From assembly GCA_913775025.1 (NCBI GenBank), contig CAJYJW010000086.1:27205-91204 (forward strand): a DNA stretch of 64,000 nucleotides, read 5' to 3'. Of the stretch, positions 10,210 through 20,378 are shown one piece after another; positions within the stretch are counted from its first letter, which is position 1, and every line of letters starts with the position of its first letter. The position numbers and the translations under genes were made by a program. A model generated the notes under the pieces. That model did no database searches. It saw nothing but the letters and a program-made list of their open reading frames with translations, and was not told the origin of the DNA. The DNA comes from an uncultured Sphingomonas sp. GTDB taxonomy: Bacteria > Pseudomonadota > Alphaproteobacteria > Sphingomonadales > Sphingomonadaceae.

Positions 10210-10390
10210 ATGCAGCGTGGTCACCCGTCCAAGATCATGGCCGAGATCGCCGCGCTGACGCCCGGCTTCGAGGCGGTGGGCCACGCCGCCCTCGACGAGC
10301 CGGGATCGATGCGGTGGCCGGCGACCGCCGCGAATCCGGCCGGCACGCCAATGGTGCACGTCGACGCCCTCGCTGGGGGAGGGGAGCGGT
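10210..10390 (+). pseudogene. Internal fragment of a formate dehydrogenase alpha subunit (FdhF/FdsA-like)
   Basis: HPSKIMAEIAALTPGF..LDEPGSMRWP..PAGTPMVHVD resembles FdsA HPSEIMDEIARLTPTF..GSIQWP..GTPIMHVD as recalled. Confidence 0.65.
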
Positions 10391-10486
10391 GCGCCATCCT
10401 CGCAGAGCGCGGCGACCGAATCCAATCACGGCGGCGAGGCGGGGCACTCGGACGTGGGGTGAAAGGTCGTCGGCCGGTGTCGCCGG

Positions 10487-11281
10487 TCAGTCGCCCTTGA
10501 ACGCCGGCGTCCGCGCGTTGAGGAAGGCGTCGACGGCCTCGCCATGGTCGCTGCTGAACGCCGAGATCGCCTCGAACCAGACGCTGGCATCGAGCATGCC
10601 TTCAAGCTGACGGCGAAGGGGCAGGTTGATCGCCTGCTTCGTGAGGTTGATCGCGACGCTGGCACCGGCGGCGAGGCGGTCCGCCATGCCGTAGGCGACC
10701 TCGTCGAGCTGCTCACGCGGCACGGCGCGGTTGATGAGGCCCATCGCCGCCGCGTCCTGCGAGAGGATTGGATCGCCGGTCAGCAAATATTCGCGGGCGC
10801 GCATATAGCCGATCAGCTGCGGCCAGATCAGCGCACCGCCGTCGCCCGCCGCATAGCCGACCGCGACATGCGGATCGGCGATCCGGACGCCCTCCACAGC
10901 GTAGGAGAGATCCGAGAACAGGGCGAGCGTCGCGCCCAGTCCGATCGCGTGGCCGTTCACCCGCGCGATCAACGGCTTTTCCAGCCGAAGCATCGCCTCC
11001 AGCAGCCGGCGCGCCTCCACGAAGCCGTGCAACGTCTCGCGCGGCTCGCTCAGCAGCCGCTTCATCTCGCGCACGTCGCCGCCGGCGGAGAAGGCCTTCT
11101 CGCCGCCGCCGGTGATGACGACAACCTTTGTCCGGTGATCCTCATTGACGTCCACCAGGACCCGGCGCAGATCGTCATGCATCACGCCCTTGAACGAATT
11201 GGTCGGCGGATTGTCGAAGGTGACGACCAGCACGCCATTATCACGGCGGTCGAGGGTGAGGGCGGTCACATAGTCGTACAT
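10487..11281 (-). CDS. Crotonase-superfamily protein (enoyl-CoA hydratase/isomerase family)
   Basis: AFSAGGD, KPLIARVNGHAIGLG, DPHVAVGYAAGDGG. Confidence 0.93.
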   Translation of the reverse strand: MYDYVTALTLDRRDNGVLVVTFDNPPTNSFKGVMHDDLRRVLVDVNEDHRTKVVVITGGGEKAFSAGGDVREMKRLLSEPRETLHGFVEARRLLEAMLRLEKPLIARVNGHAIGLGATLALFSDLSYAVEGVRIADPHVAVGYAAGDGGALIWPQLIGYMRAREYLLTGDPILSQDAAAMGLINRAVPREQLDEVAYGMADRLAAGASVAINLTKQAINLPLRRQLEGMLDASVWFEAISAFSSDHGEAVDAFLNARTPAFKGD

Positions 11282-11405
11282 CGTCAGCTCTTCCCGTTTG
11301 GTCCCCGCCGCGCGCAGCGGCGCTGCCGGCTCTCGACGATCACGATGGCAGCGGTTGCAGCACTGGCAAGCCTGAACGCAGGAACGTCATGCCGGTCTGA
11401 AGTTC

Positions 11406-11470
11406 ATCACCTGCGCGATACTTAGATTCTCGATCACCTCCGGACTGTCGACGAAAATCGCAGCCGCGAT
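11406..11470. promoter_or_regulatory. Two ATCRC-N4-GYGAT boxes in the divergent crotonase/TBDR promoter region
   Basis: ATCACCTGCGCGAT at 11406-11419 and ATCGCAGCCGCGAT at 11457-11470. Confidence 0.7.
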
Positions 11471-11584
11471 GAAGAGTGCCAGGCGGGCTCCGCGAGTAGC
11501 TGGTGATCCGCGAAAGCCGTAAAAGCCGGGGCGTCGACCGGTCAGCGAGAAGATCGGCTACAGCCTCGAAGGGGAGAAGTTGGC

Positions 11585-13903
11585 ATGAAGCGTTTCGGCC
11601 TGCTGTTGTTTGCATCGGTCCAGGCAATCGGGCTTTCATCGATCGCCCATGCCCAGGAGGCGGCATCGCCAGGCGCCGGGGTGGAGGCTGCACCCGCATA
11701 CACCGACATCGTCGTGACCGCGCGGCGGCGCGACGAATCCCTTCAGGACGTGCCGATCTCGATCACCGCGGTTTCCGGCGCCAAGCTGGTCGAGGCCGGC
11801 GCCACCGACATCGGTTCTCTCCAGGCCGTCGCGCCGGCGCTTAACGTCACAACGTCGGGCACCAGTCGCAACGTCTTCGCGCTCTCGCTACGCGGCCAGC
11901 GGACGAACGAGGCGCAGCTGCTCACCGACGCGCCGGTGGGCGCCTATTTCGCGGAAGTGTTGCAGGCCCGCACGGCCGGCTTCGGCTTCTCGCTCTACGA
12001 TCTCCAGTCGGTACAGGTGCTGAAGGGCGTGCAGGGCACGCTGTTCGGCCGCAACATGACCGGTGGCGCGGTGCTGGTAGAACCCAACCGCCCGACTGAC
12101 GAGTTGGGGGGCGAACTGCGCGGCCAGATCGGTAATTATCGCCTGCGCGACGTATATGGCATGCTGAACCTGCCGATCGCCGACTGGGCAGCCGTGCGCG
12201 TTGCAGGCAAGACTCGCGAGCGCAAGGGGTTCACCACCGACGTCAGCGATGGCCGCGACTACGACGACCAGAATTTTGACTCCTTCCGTGCCTCCCTGTT
12301 GCTGAACCCGGGAAGCATCGAGTCGATCACGATCTTCGACTGGGTGCGGAGCAACACCCACGGCTCGGCGCTCTACCCAACCGCGATTGATCCCGCCGCA
12401 CCTGCGATCGCCGCCTACACAACCCTGCGCGGCTTCGGTTTTGCGGTACCCGATCCCGTTGCCCAATTCGGCCGCCAGCAGACGTTCAAGCGGCGGCAGT
12501 TCGATCAAGGACTGGGTGACGGCGGGACGCTTGATGCATATGGCCGAAAGCCAACGGAATACATCAAAAATTACGGGATCAGCAATCGCACGTCGATCCC
12601 AATCGGCGACCTAAAAATCAAGAACATATTTGGATATCGCAAGCTAAAAGCCGAAGTCCTTCAAGACCTTGATGGTGTCCCAGCTGTATTGATCCAGTCT
12701 GATCAGAATAAGCGCATTCAGCAGTATAGCGAAGAGCTGCAGCTGCAGGGCAACGTGCTTAATGATAAGCTGACTTTTGTGTTGGGCGCTTACTATTTCC
12801 TTGAAAAGGGATTTGATGGGTCTACCTCGCAGCAGTTTCCGGAACTGGCGATCATCGGGGCCGGCCTGCCGCTCTCGACGCCTGCGATCCTGTTCCGCAA
12901 CCAGCTCGGTGGAACCGGCCGCGCAGAGGCACTCGCCGGCTATCTGGCGGGCACCTATCGCTTTACAGACAAGTTCCAGCTGTCGGCGGGGGTTCGCTAT
13001 ACGGACGACAAGCGGCGCGCGACGGTCAACCCAAGCCTTCCGGCACTCGGCGTCTGCCTGTTCCGCGATACCAGCGGCACCATGCTTCCGTTCAACGCGT
13101 GTACCCGCACGAATAGCCGCTCTTGGAACGCGCTGACCTGGGACCTCACGCTGCAATACCAGCCGACCGACGACGTCACCGCCTATGTTTCGACCCGGAA
13201 GGGGTTCCGGGCGGGTGGCTTCTCGCTGCGCGCGACGTCGGACGCCGAACTGGCGCCGTTCGATCCGGAGAAGGTGCAGGAATATGAGGTCGGCCTTAAG
13301 AACCGCTTCAATCTTGGTGGCGCGACCCTGTCGACGGCGTTGGCAATCTTCTACCAGGACTATAAGAACGTTCAGAAGCAGGCAGCGGGCATCGACGCCG
13401 CCGGTAACGTAACCACGATCGTCGAGAATACTTCCGCCCAGAAGAATTATGGCGGCGAGTTCGATGCGACGCTGACGTCAGGTCCGGTCAGCCTGACGCT
13501 CGCTTACGCCTACGTCAACGTCGACATCACAAAGGGGCGGCAGCCATTCGAGTATGAGCTTGTCGGCGCGTCGAAGCACCAGCTCGGACTTAATGCCAAT
13601 TACAGCTCCAACATCACAGACGTGGGCGAACTGTCGCTCAACGCCAGCCTTGCCTATCGCAGCGGCGCCTGGCTCGACAAGAATGACGAGCAGGGGCGGC
13701 AGAAGGCATACGCCCTCGTCAACCTGCGCGCCGGCATCGACAATATCGCCGGGACCGGGCTGGGGGCCGCGGCCTTCGCCAATAACGTCACCAACAAATA
13801 CTACCGGATCGGCGTGATCGGCATCTATCGTGAGGCCGGCTATATCGCGAGCACTCTTGGGGAGCCGCGAACCTACGGCCTGGAAGTGTCATATAAGTTC
13901 TAA
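11585..13903 (+). CDS. TonB-dependent receptor
   Basis: Signal peptide (AHA), DIVVTARRRDESLQDVP, VQVLKGVQGTLFGRN, terminal YKF. Confidence 0.96.
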   Translation: MKRFGLLLFASVQAIGLSSIAHAQEAASPGAGVEAAPAYTDIVVTARRRDESLQDVPISITAVSGAKLVEAGATDIGSLQAVAPALNVTTSGTSRNVFALSLRGQRTNEAQLLTDAPVGAYFAEVLQARTAGFGFSLYDLQSVQVLKGVQGTLFGRNMTGGAVLVEPNRPTDELGGELRGQIGNYRLRDVYGMLNLPIADWAAVRVAGKTRERKGFTTDVSDGRDYDDQNFDSFRASLLLNPGSIESITIFDWVRSNTHGSALYPTAIDPAAPAIAAYTTLRGFGFAVPDPVAQFGRQQTFKRRQFDQGLGDGGTLDAYGRKPTEYIKNYGISNRTSIPIGDLKIKNIFGYRKLKAEVLQDLDGVPAVLIQSDQNKRIQQYSEELQLQGNVLNDKLTFVLGAYYFLEKGFDGSTSQQFPELAIIGAGLPLSTPAILFRNQLGGTGRAEALAGYLAGTYRFTDKFQLSAGVRYTDDKRRATVNPSLPALGVCLFRDTSGTMLPFNACTRTNSRSWNALTWDLTLQYQPTDDVTAYVSTRKGFRAGGFSLRATSDAELAPFDPEKVQEYEVGLKNRFNLGGATLSTALAIFYQDYKNVQKQAAGIDAAGNVTTIVENTSAQKNYGGEFDATLTSGPVSLTLAYAYVNVDITKGRQPFEYELVGASKHQLGLNANYSSNITDVGELSLNASLAYRSGAWLDKNDEQGRQKAYALVNLRAGIDNIAGTGLGAAAFANNVTNKYYRIGVIGIYREAGYIASTLGEPRTYGLEVSYKF

Positions 13904-13912
13904 GGGCAGGGC

Positions 13913-14218
13913 GTGCGGCAGGCCGATGACACAGTCCTGCCGCCCGCGATCATCGACGCGCATCAGCAGTTCTGGACCGGAGGCGGCGCGTATGGCTTTG
14001 CTCACGATCTGCCAGGCGACGATCCCGCCGACGCCGCACCGCCGCAGTCGCGCACTTCGGTGGTCTGCACATACAACGCCTTCAACGATCGTACACTGCC
14101 GCCGGGCCCTGAATTGATGTTCGAGGCGAGGTTCGCAGCAAACGTCGCTGATCAGTCCGGCGATTGCGGGCTCGTGTTCAATCCAATCGATGCGGAGGAC
14201 AGATCGCAGACGCGATAG
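13913..14218 (+). pseudogene. Truncated amidohydrolase-2-like remnant
   Basis: IIDAHQQFW resembles the IIDAHHHLW start of this family; only about 100 codons remain. Confidence 0.5.
14203..14216. promoter_or_regulatory. ATCRC-N4-GYGAT box upstream of the alcohol dehydrogenase
   Basis: ATCGCAGACGCGAT, about 100 bp before the start. Confidence 0.65.
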
Positions 14219-14310
14219 CGTCGCGGCCGACCTTCGGTGAATTAGGATGCATGGTCTTCGAGCGATAGGGTTTTGTCCAGTAAATCGCTCCGACCTTCGG
14301 GAGAGTTGTG

Positions 14311-15321
14311 ATGCGCGGTGTCTTCTTCGAGAATGCCAACGTCCCCTTGCTGCTCAAGTCGCTTCCCGATCCGGAGCCCGGCGAGGGCGAACTGGTGCTC
14401 AAAGTGCATCGCTGCGGAATCTGCGGCTCCGACGTACATCTCACCAAGGAGCATGGCTTCTACCCCGAGAATACGGTGATCGGGCACGAGTTCGCAGGCG
14501 AGGTGGTGGCGGTCGGGAAGGGCGTGGCGGGATTCCGGACAGGCGACCGAATTACCGCCCTTCCGGTAGCCGGCTGCGGTCGCTGTGGCCCCTGCTTCGC
14601 CGGGACGCCGCTGTTTTGCCAGAACGGCGTGACCGGCTATGCCGGTGGCTTCGCCGACTATATGCGCGTGGCAGCGGCGACCGCGCTACAACTGCCCCAA
14701 TCGATCTCGATGGAGGACGGCGCGCTGGTGGAGCCGCTCTCGGTGAGCCTTCATGGCGTGGCGCTCGCACGGATGGAGCCGGGGGCGAAGGTGTTGGTGC
14801 TGGGGGCGGGATCGATCGGGCTGGCCGCGATTCACTGGGCGAGAAAGCTGGGCGCCGGCAGGATCGTCGCCATGTCGCGCTCGGCCCGTCGCGCCGAGAT
14901 GGCGGGCAAGATGGGAGCCGACGCGTTCGTCTGCGCCGGGGAGAACGAATATGCCGAGGTTCAGGCGGCGCTCGGCGGCGCGCCCGACGTGGTGTTCGAG
15001 TGTATCGGCGCCGTCGGCGCGCTCCAGCAGTGCATCAACCACGTCCGCGTCAACGGCACGGTAGTGTCGCTCGGCTTTTGCACGAAGCCCGACGGGGTGA
15101 TCCCCGCGATCACGACGTTCAAGCAGATCACGCTGGTCTTCTCGATGGCCTATTCGGTCGCCGAATTCCGGTTCGCGCTCGACGCCTTCGATCGCGGCCA
15201 TGTCGAGCCGCGTCAGATGGTAAGCAGCGTTATCGCGCTCGATGACGTACCGGACACGATCGAGCGGATGCGCGCCGGCTACGCGAGCGAGATCAAGGTC
15301 CAGGCCCGCCCGGAGCTGTAA
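14311..15321 (+). CDS. Zn-dependent (MDR) alcohol dehydrogenase
   Basis: CGICGSD, GHEFAG, structural CxxCxxC...C, GAGSIG. Confidence 0.94.
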   Translation: MRGVFFENANVPLLLKSLPDPEPGEGELVLKVHRCGICGSDVHLTKEHGFYPENTVIGHEFAGEVVAVGKGVAGFRTGDRITALPVAGCGRCGPCFAGTPLFCQNGVTGYAGGFADYMRVAAATALQLPQSISMEDGALVEPLSVSLHGVALARMEPGAKVLVLGAGSIGLAAIHWARKLGAGRIVAMSRSARRAEMAGKMGADAFVCAGENEYAEVQAALGGAPDVVFECIGAVGALQQCINHVRVNGTVVSLGFCTKPDGVIPAITTFKQITLVFSMAYSVAEFRFALDAFDRGHVEPRQMVSSVIALDDVPDTIERMRAGYASEIKVQARPEL

Positions 15322-15362
15322 GGTAGGGGGCGTCGCTCCTCAGCGTGGCGCCCGCCCGCCGG

Positions 15363-16616
15363 TCATTTAGGATCGAAGAGGACATGGAGGTGGTGCGGCA
15401 CGCGCATCATCGCGCCGCGGATCGCAGGCGGCGGCATGTCGGGATCGAGCCGGAGGTTTGGCAGGCGATCGAGAATCGCGGTCATGGCCCGCATCATCTC
15501 GACCCGCGCCAGATGCTGGCCGATGCAGATGTGCGGTCCGGCCGAAAAGGAGACGTGGCGATTGGCATTCGGCCGCCGGATGTCGAAGCGATCGGGATCG
15601 TCGAACTTCGCCGGATCGCGGTTGGCGGCGCCAGCCACGACATGGACGATCGAGTTGGCCGGGATCACGACGCCGGCGACCTGAACGTCGTGGGCCGCCC
15701 ATCGCGCCTGCTCGATCACCGGGCCGTCGAAACGCAGCGCCTCCTCGATCGCGTTCGGTAGCAGCGAGCGGTCCTCGCGTAGCAAGGCGAGCTGGTCGGG
15801 ATGCTCCAGCAGCTTCGCGAGCAAAATACTGGTGCCGCGATACGTGGTGTCCCCCGCGGCGTTGATCAGCTGTCGGAAGAAGGACACGAGGACGTCCTCC
15901 GGCAGATGCTCGCCGTCCACTTCGGCTTGGGCGAGCAGGCTCACCAGATCGTCGCCGGGTTGCCTGCGCCGCTGCTCGATCAGCTTCGGGAAATATTCGC
16001 CGAGTTTGGCATTTGCCTCGGAGCCATGCTTGAAGTCGAACGAGACCAGCGTCTGGGTGACGGCCAGCTTGTGGAACAGCTTGCCCTCCTCCGGCGGCAG
16101 GTCGAGCTGGCGATAGATGACGCCGAATGGATAGTGCAGCGTGAACTGCTGAATCAGGTCCGCGCGGCCGGTGCCGATGAAACTGTCCATCAGATCATTA
16201 ACGACGGGGTCGACGATGCTGTCGCCCCATTTCTTCACATATTGCGGCAGGAAGATCTTCTGGAAGATGCGGCGAAACCGTCCGTGCTCGGGCGGGTCCA
16301 TCGTCGAGATCGAGCGGCCGAAACTGGCGCCGATGTTGAAGGTATAGGCCCTGTTCGAGAAGATCTGCGGTGCCTGCAGCGCCCTGGTCACCTCCTCGTA
16401 GCTTAGGATCATGAAGTGCGGGATGCCCGTGGGGAAGGTGACGTCTGGTCCAAGGCCCATGATCTCGCGATAATCGCCTGGCATGGCGCCGTTCTGCGCT
16501 CTGAGACTGGCGAGGAGCGGGTAAGGGTCTTCATTCTCACCGAAGAAGAATCGCTCCTCGAAGAACGGGTTGAATGCCGTATTGTCGAGGTCGCGCAGCT
16601 TCAGCATCTCGGTCAC
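15363..16616 (-). CDS. Cytochrome P450 (417 aa)
   Basis: HVSFSAGPHICIG, EEALR, NAAGDTT. GTG 16616 has a GAGGAG RBS. Confidence 0.94.
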   Translation of the reverse strand: MTEMLKLRDLDNTAFNPFFEERFFFGENEDPYPLLASLRAQNGAMPGDYREIMGLGPDVTFPTGIPHFMILSYEEVTRALQAPQIFSNRAYTFNIGASFGRSISTMDPPEHGRFRRIFQKIFLPQYVKKWGDSIVDPVVNDLMDSFIGTGRADLIQQFTLHYPFGVIYRQLDLPPEEGKLFHKLAVTQTLVSFDFKHGSEANAKLGEYFPKLIEQRRRQPGDDLVSLLAQAEVDGEHLPEDVLVSFFRQLINAAGDTTYRGTSILLAKLLEHPDQLALLREDRSLLPNAIEEALRFDGPVIEQARWAAHDVQVAGVVIPANSIVHVVAGAANRDPAKFDDPDRFDIRRPNANRHVSFSAGPHICIGQHLARVEMMRAMTAILDRLPNLRLDPDMPPPAIRGAMMRVPHHLHVLFDPK

Positions 16617-16689
16617 GATCGTCTCCTCTCCCGGCGCCCGGGTTCTCGAGACTAGATCTTCTATGAAGTGAGCGCTACATGAACCGGCC

Positions 16690-16703
16690 ATCGCATGGGC
16701 GAT
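16690..16703. promoter_or_regulatory. ATCRC-N4-GYGAT box upstream of P450
   Basis: CCATCGC-ATGG-GCGATGG, a 7-bp perfect palindrome arm pair. Confidence 0.7.
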
Positions 16704-16755
16704 GGTTGTGCTGTGGGTCTCTCCGTCGTCGGTTCGTCTTGCCCGTCCGGCGCTA

Positions 16756-17553
16756 TCAGATGACGTAGCGAATGGTTTGGCCGCCGTCCGCAGCGATGGT
16801 CTGCCCGTTGACGTAGCCGCCTGCCGCGCTTGCGAGCATGACGACCACGCCGGCAATCTCGTCGGGCTCGCCGAAGCGACCAACCGTTGATCGCGCCATC
16901 TCGCGCGCGAGTTCGACGGGATTGTCGATCAGCCCCTGTGCCATGTCGGTGCGGACCAACCCCGGGGACACGGTGTTGGCGCGGATGCCCGCCTCGCCAT
17001 GCTCTACGGCGATGTTGCGGACATACTGCATCGCCAAGCCCTTGCTCAGTGTATAGCTGTGGTAACGACCGCTGCCGAAGTGGGCGGCGATCGTGCCGAT
17101 GTTGATGATCCGGCCCCAGCGACGGGCGATCATGTCGGGCAGCAGCGCCTGGGTGAGCCGGTGGAGCGCTCTGAAGTTGCCGTCGAGCGTCTTTTCCAGC
17201 ACGGCGTCGCTCATCTCCGCGCTCGGGCCGAAATGGATGTGGAGCCCGGCATTGGCGACGAGGATATCGATCGGGCCAAATGCCTGCCGGCCGCCGTCGA
17301 TGAGCGCCGAGAGCCCGTCCGGGTCCGTGATGTTGGCGGTGAGCGCGACGGCGCGGCCGCCGTCGCGAGCGTTGATCGCGGCAGTGGTCTCTTCGGCGGC
17401 GGCGGCCTTGCGCCCGCACACAATTACATTGGCGCCGTGCTCGGCCAGCCGCTCCGAGATAGCGCGACCGATGCCGCGGCTGCCCCCGGTGACGAGGGCG
17501 GTGCGTCCGCCAAGATCGAAGAGCGTGCCGGCGAAGGCAGAAGCGTGAGTCAT
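16756..17553 (-). CDS. SDR family oxidoreductase
   Basis: TGGSRGIG, ANAG, YTLSK, NTVSPG. Start MTHAS at 17553. Confidence 0.93.
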   Translation of the reverse strand: MTHASAFAGTLFDLGGRTALVTGGSRGIGRAISERLAEHGANVIVCGRKAAAAEETTAAINARDGGRAVALTANITDPDGLSALIDGGRQAFGPIDILVANAGLHIHFGPSAEMSDAVLEKTLDGNFRALHRLTQALLPDMIARRWGRIINIGTIAAHFGSGRYHSYTLSKGLAMQYVRNIAVEHGEAGIRANTVSPGLVRTDMAQGLIDNPVELAREMARSTVGRFGEPDEIAGVVVMLASAAGGYVNGQTIAADGGQTIRYVI

Positions 17554-18190
17554 GTCTCTTCCTTGTCCGATAGGCGGGAATGTCGCCATGAACCCTGTCC
17601 GCAGTGGCAGGCGGCAACCATCTCAGAGGTCGTAGCCATGGATACCATCGTCGGGCCAGGCGATGGAACCCCCAGGCTGTCGACCGGCAGACGCAGGCAC
17701 TGTTCATCGCCACTAGGAACGGTCGGATGATCGAAAAGCAATGGCCGACGATGAGGCGGACATTGACCTGCTGCGAGGCGAAGAAGGCGGTGTTTCGCCA
17801 CCAGTATCATGTCGGACAGCGCCGCGATGATGGCGCTGAAGCCGATGGCAGCGGCCTTCACCACGGCGGCGACGGGGATCGGCAGGTCACGCATCGCCGC
17901 GACGAAGGCGCGGCCGATGTACCTCGTCGCCCTGCCGACCGCAGGATCGCCGTCGGCCGCCACAATGTGCTTGAAGTGGCCCTTCGGCGCTGAAGGCCTT
18001 ACCGATGCCTGTGATAACGACGGTGTGGTCCGCGCCCGTCTCGGTAGCACCAGGACCAGATGGGCGAGTGTGAATAGCATCGCCGCTGCGGCCGTATTAC
18101 GCTGTTCCGGCCGGTTGAGCGTCCCGACCCGGGCGACTTTTCTTTCGCGAGTCAGGGTCTCGTCATGCAGCTGGCCTATCGGCCCTCATC
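17550..18190 (-). pseudogene. Frameshifted enoyl-CoA hydratase
   Basis: TLNRPEQRN, VVITGIGKAFSAE and LPIPVAAVVKAAAIG lie in different frames. Confidence 0.75.
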
Positions 18191-18536
18191 CACTCGTATA
18201 AACCGATCACAGCTGCGCTATTCGCTTTGCCGCTATTCGATCCAGTCGGTAAATGAATATGAAGGCTGCATGTCGATGTCCGAGAAGACGGTTCGCTGCT
18301 GCACCGATCGGAGAGGCGAAGATGAAGCGGCAATGCACGCTTTGATTGTGCTCGGCCCTGTCAGCGCACGCCTCCTTGGGTTTACAGGCGGCTGGCAAGG
18401 GCGACAGGCATGGCGCGAAGACATCCGGGATCACCGATGACGATCGTTACGAACAATTATCCATGCCACTGTGGCCGTGTTTGGAACGCATCGGTTCGTG
18501 GATGATCGTGATTCACTCTACCGAGGAAGTTTTCCT

Positions 18537-19457
18537 TTGAGCGAACAGCCTATTCTCGTTGCCGGTGCCACCGGCACCCAAGGTCGTGCCGTGGTCGACG
18601 CCCTTATCGAAACCGGTTTGAGGGTCCGCGCGCTCGTGCGTGACCCACAGTCGGCGGCGGCGCGCGCGCTCGCGGATCGTGGCGTCGATCTCGTCCGGGG
18701 CGATTTCGACGATGCCGAGAGCCTGGCAGAGGCCATGCGTGATGTGACCGGCGTCTTCTCCGTCCAAATGCCACCGATGCCGGACGACCTCGACAGTGAG
18801 CTGCGCACGGGCCATCTGCTGATCGAGGCGGCCAGAAACGCCGCCGTCGAGACCTTCGTTCACACCTCGGTGGCGCGCGCCGGCGATCAGGCTCACTTCG
18901 TCGACTGGAACAGCAACCGCTGGTGGCCGGTCTATTGGAACAGCAAATCGGGGGTGAACGACGCAGTGAAGGCGGCGGGGTTCCCGCACTGGGTAATCCT
19001 AAAGCCCGCCTTCATGATGGACAATTTTATTCCGCCCAAGGCCAGTTGGATGTTCCCGTCGCTTGCCCGCGGCGCGGTCGACACGGCGCTGAAGGCCGAC
19101 ACGCGGCTCGACCTGATCGCGGCGGCTGACGTCGGTCGTTTCGCGGCGGCCGGCTTTGCCGATCCCGCCCGCTTCGACCGGCAGGAGATCGACTTGGCGG
19201 CGGAATCGCTGACGATGGCTGAGGTAGCCGAGACGATCACGGCCGTTACCGGCCGATCGATCGTTGCGAACAGCATGTCCGGAGCGGAAGCGCGCGCCGC
19301 CGGCAATCATGCCGGGCTGGTGGAGAGCCAACAGTGGGCGAGCGTCGAAGGATACAAGGTTGATCTCCATCGGGCGTGGTCTCACGGCATAGCGCTCGAA
19401 CGCTTCCGGGACTGGGCAGAACGGCATCGCTCTGCGTTCCAAGTCGGCGAAGGCTGA
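18537..19457 (+). CDS. NmrA-like NAD(P)-binding protein
   Basis: ILVAGATGTQG, VRALVRDP, YWNSK, ILKPAFMMDN. TTG start after GAGG. Confidence 0.92.
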   Translation: MSEQPILVAGATGTQGRAVVDALIETGLRVRALVRDPQSAAARALADRGVDLVRGDFDDAESLAEAMRDVTGVFSVQMPPMPDDLDSELRTGHLLIEAARNAAVETFVHTSVARAGDQAHFVDWNSNRWWPVYWNSKSGVNDAVKAAGFPHWVILKPAFMMDNFIPPKASWMFPSLARGAVDTALKADTRLDLIAAADVGRFAAAGFADPARFDRQEIDLAAESLTMAEVAETITAVTGRSIVANSMSGAEARAAGNHAGLVESQQWASVEGYKVDLHRAWSHGIALERFRDWAERHRSAFQVGEG

Positions 19458-20048
19458 GTGGCCGACGCCCGCTGATCGATTATGAGGGGAGGTCGCGTGC
19501 AGGACCGGCGCTTTGCCTCCGCCTTCGCACGGCCTGAGGGATCAGAGCTCGGGCACGGTGTGATCGCCGTTGTTGCGGAGCATGGCCGTGAGGCGAGCGA
19601 ACGCTTTTTCGATCGGGCGCAGCCTCCCAATTGATCTGCGGCGACCGCGTGCCGCCTGGCGCCTCGGCAGCATGATCAGCGGTGTTGCGGCGCCGGTGAC
19701 GCTACCGGATCACCATCGCAGCCGCCACACCGAACGCCTCGCGACTGTCCGACAGCCGCTACCTTGGCGGCGGCGCCCATAGGATCGCCGACGTCGTGGT
19801 GTCCCAATCGGCGAACCTACAGGATCTGCGGGGCTTGCCCTAAGACGGCTTCCTCCACCCGTAGCGCTGGCTCGCCCGGATCCGGGGGTCCGGTCATCAA
19901 GAATAACATAGCGCAGGCGGCGACGATCGTCGCTCGCTACGCGCGGAGTCTTGGAAAGGCCACGCCCAAGCCGCTCGACGTGTTGACCGGGCGCGGCAAG
20001 TTTGAAGCTTCGTCAAATCCGACCCCGGTTTGACGAAGCTCGTGCGAC

Positions 20049-20378
20049 TTACCGTCCCTTTGCGGTGAACGGCTCGTAGATCGCCGCGTAGACGCCTTCG
20101 ATGTCGATCGCCTCGCTTATCGCCATTCGGTCGGTACCCGATCGGGCATTCAGCTCATCTAGGATGGAGGCAGGATCGTCATGATCGACATCGTAGATCG
20201 CGCAATAGCGCCAGGCCTTGCCGTCCACCGGATTGCTCCGAAGCTTCAACCGGGTCGCACGCGTGACGCCCGGCACCTGCAGAACGTCATCCAGATGCTG
20301 ATTAGTATACCATTCATTATACTCATCCTCACGACCTTCAACGGGGTTGCTAAGTACAACGAGTGTCGCTTTAGGCAT
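20049..20378 (-). CDS. EthD/DUF4286-like dimeric alpha-beta barrel protein (109 aa)
   Basis: GREDEYNEWY..QHLDDVLQVPGV..ATR..YCAIYD. Confidence 0.8.
   Translation of the reverse strand: MPKATLVVLSNPVEGREDEYNEWYTNQHLDDVLQVPGVTRATRLKLRSNPVDGKAWRYCAIYDVDHDDPASILDELNARSGTDRMAISEAIDIEGVYAAIYEPFTAKGR

Noticed and set aside
18206..18219. ATCACAGCTGCGCT, a one-mismatch box
   Set aside because: Too close to an uncertain pseudogene start to count toward the regulon.
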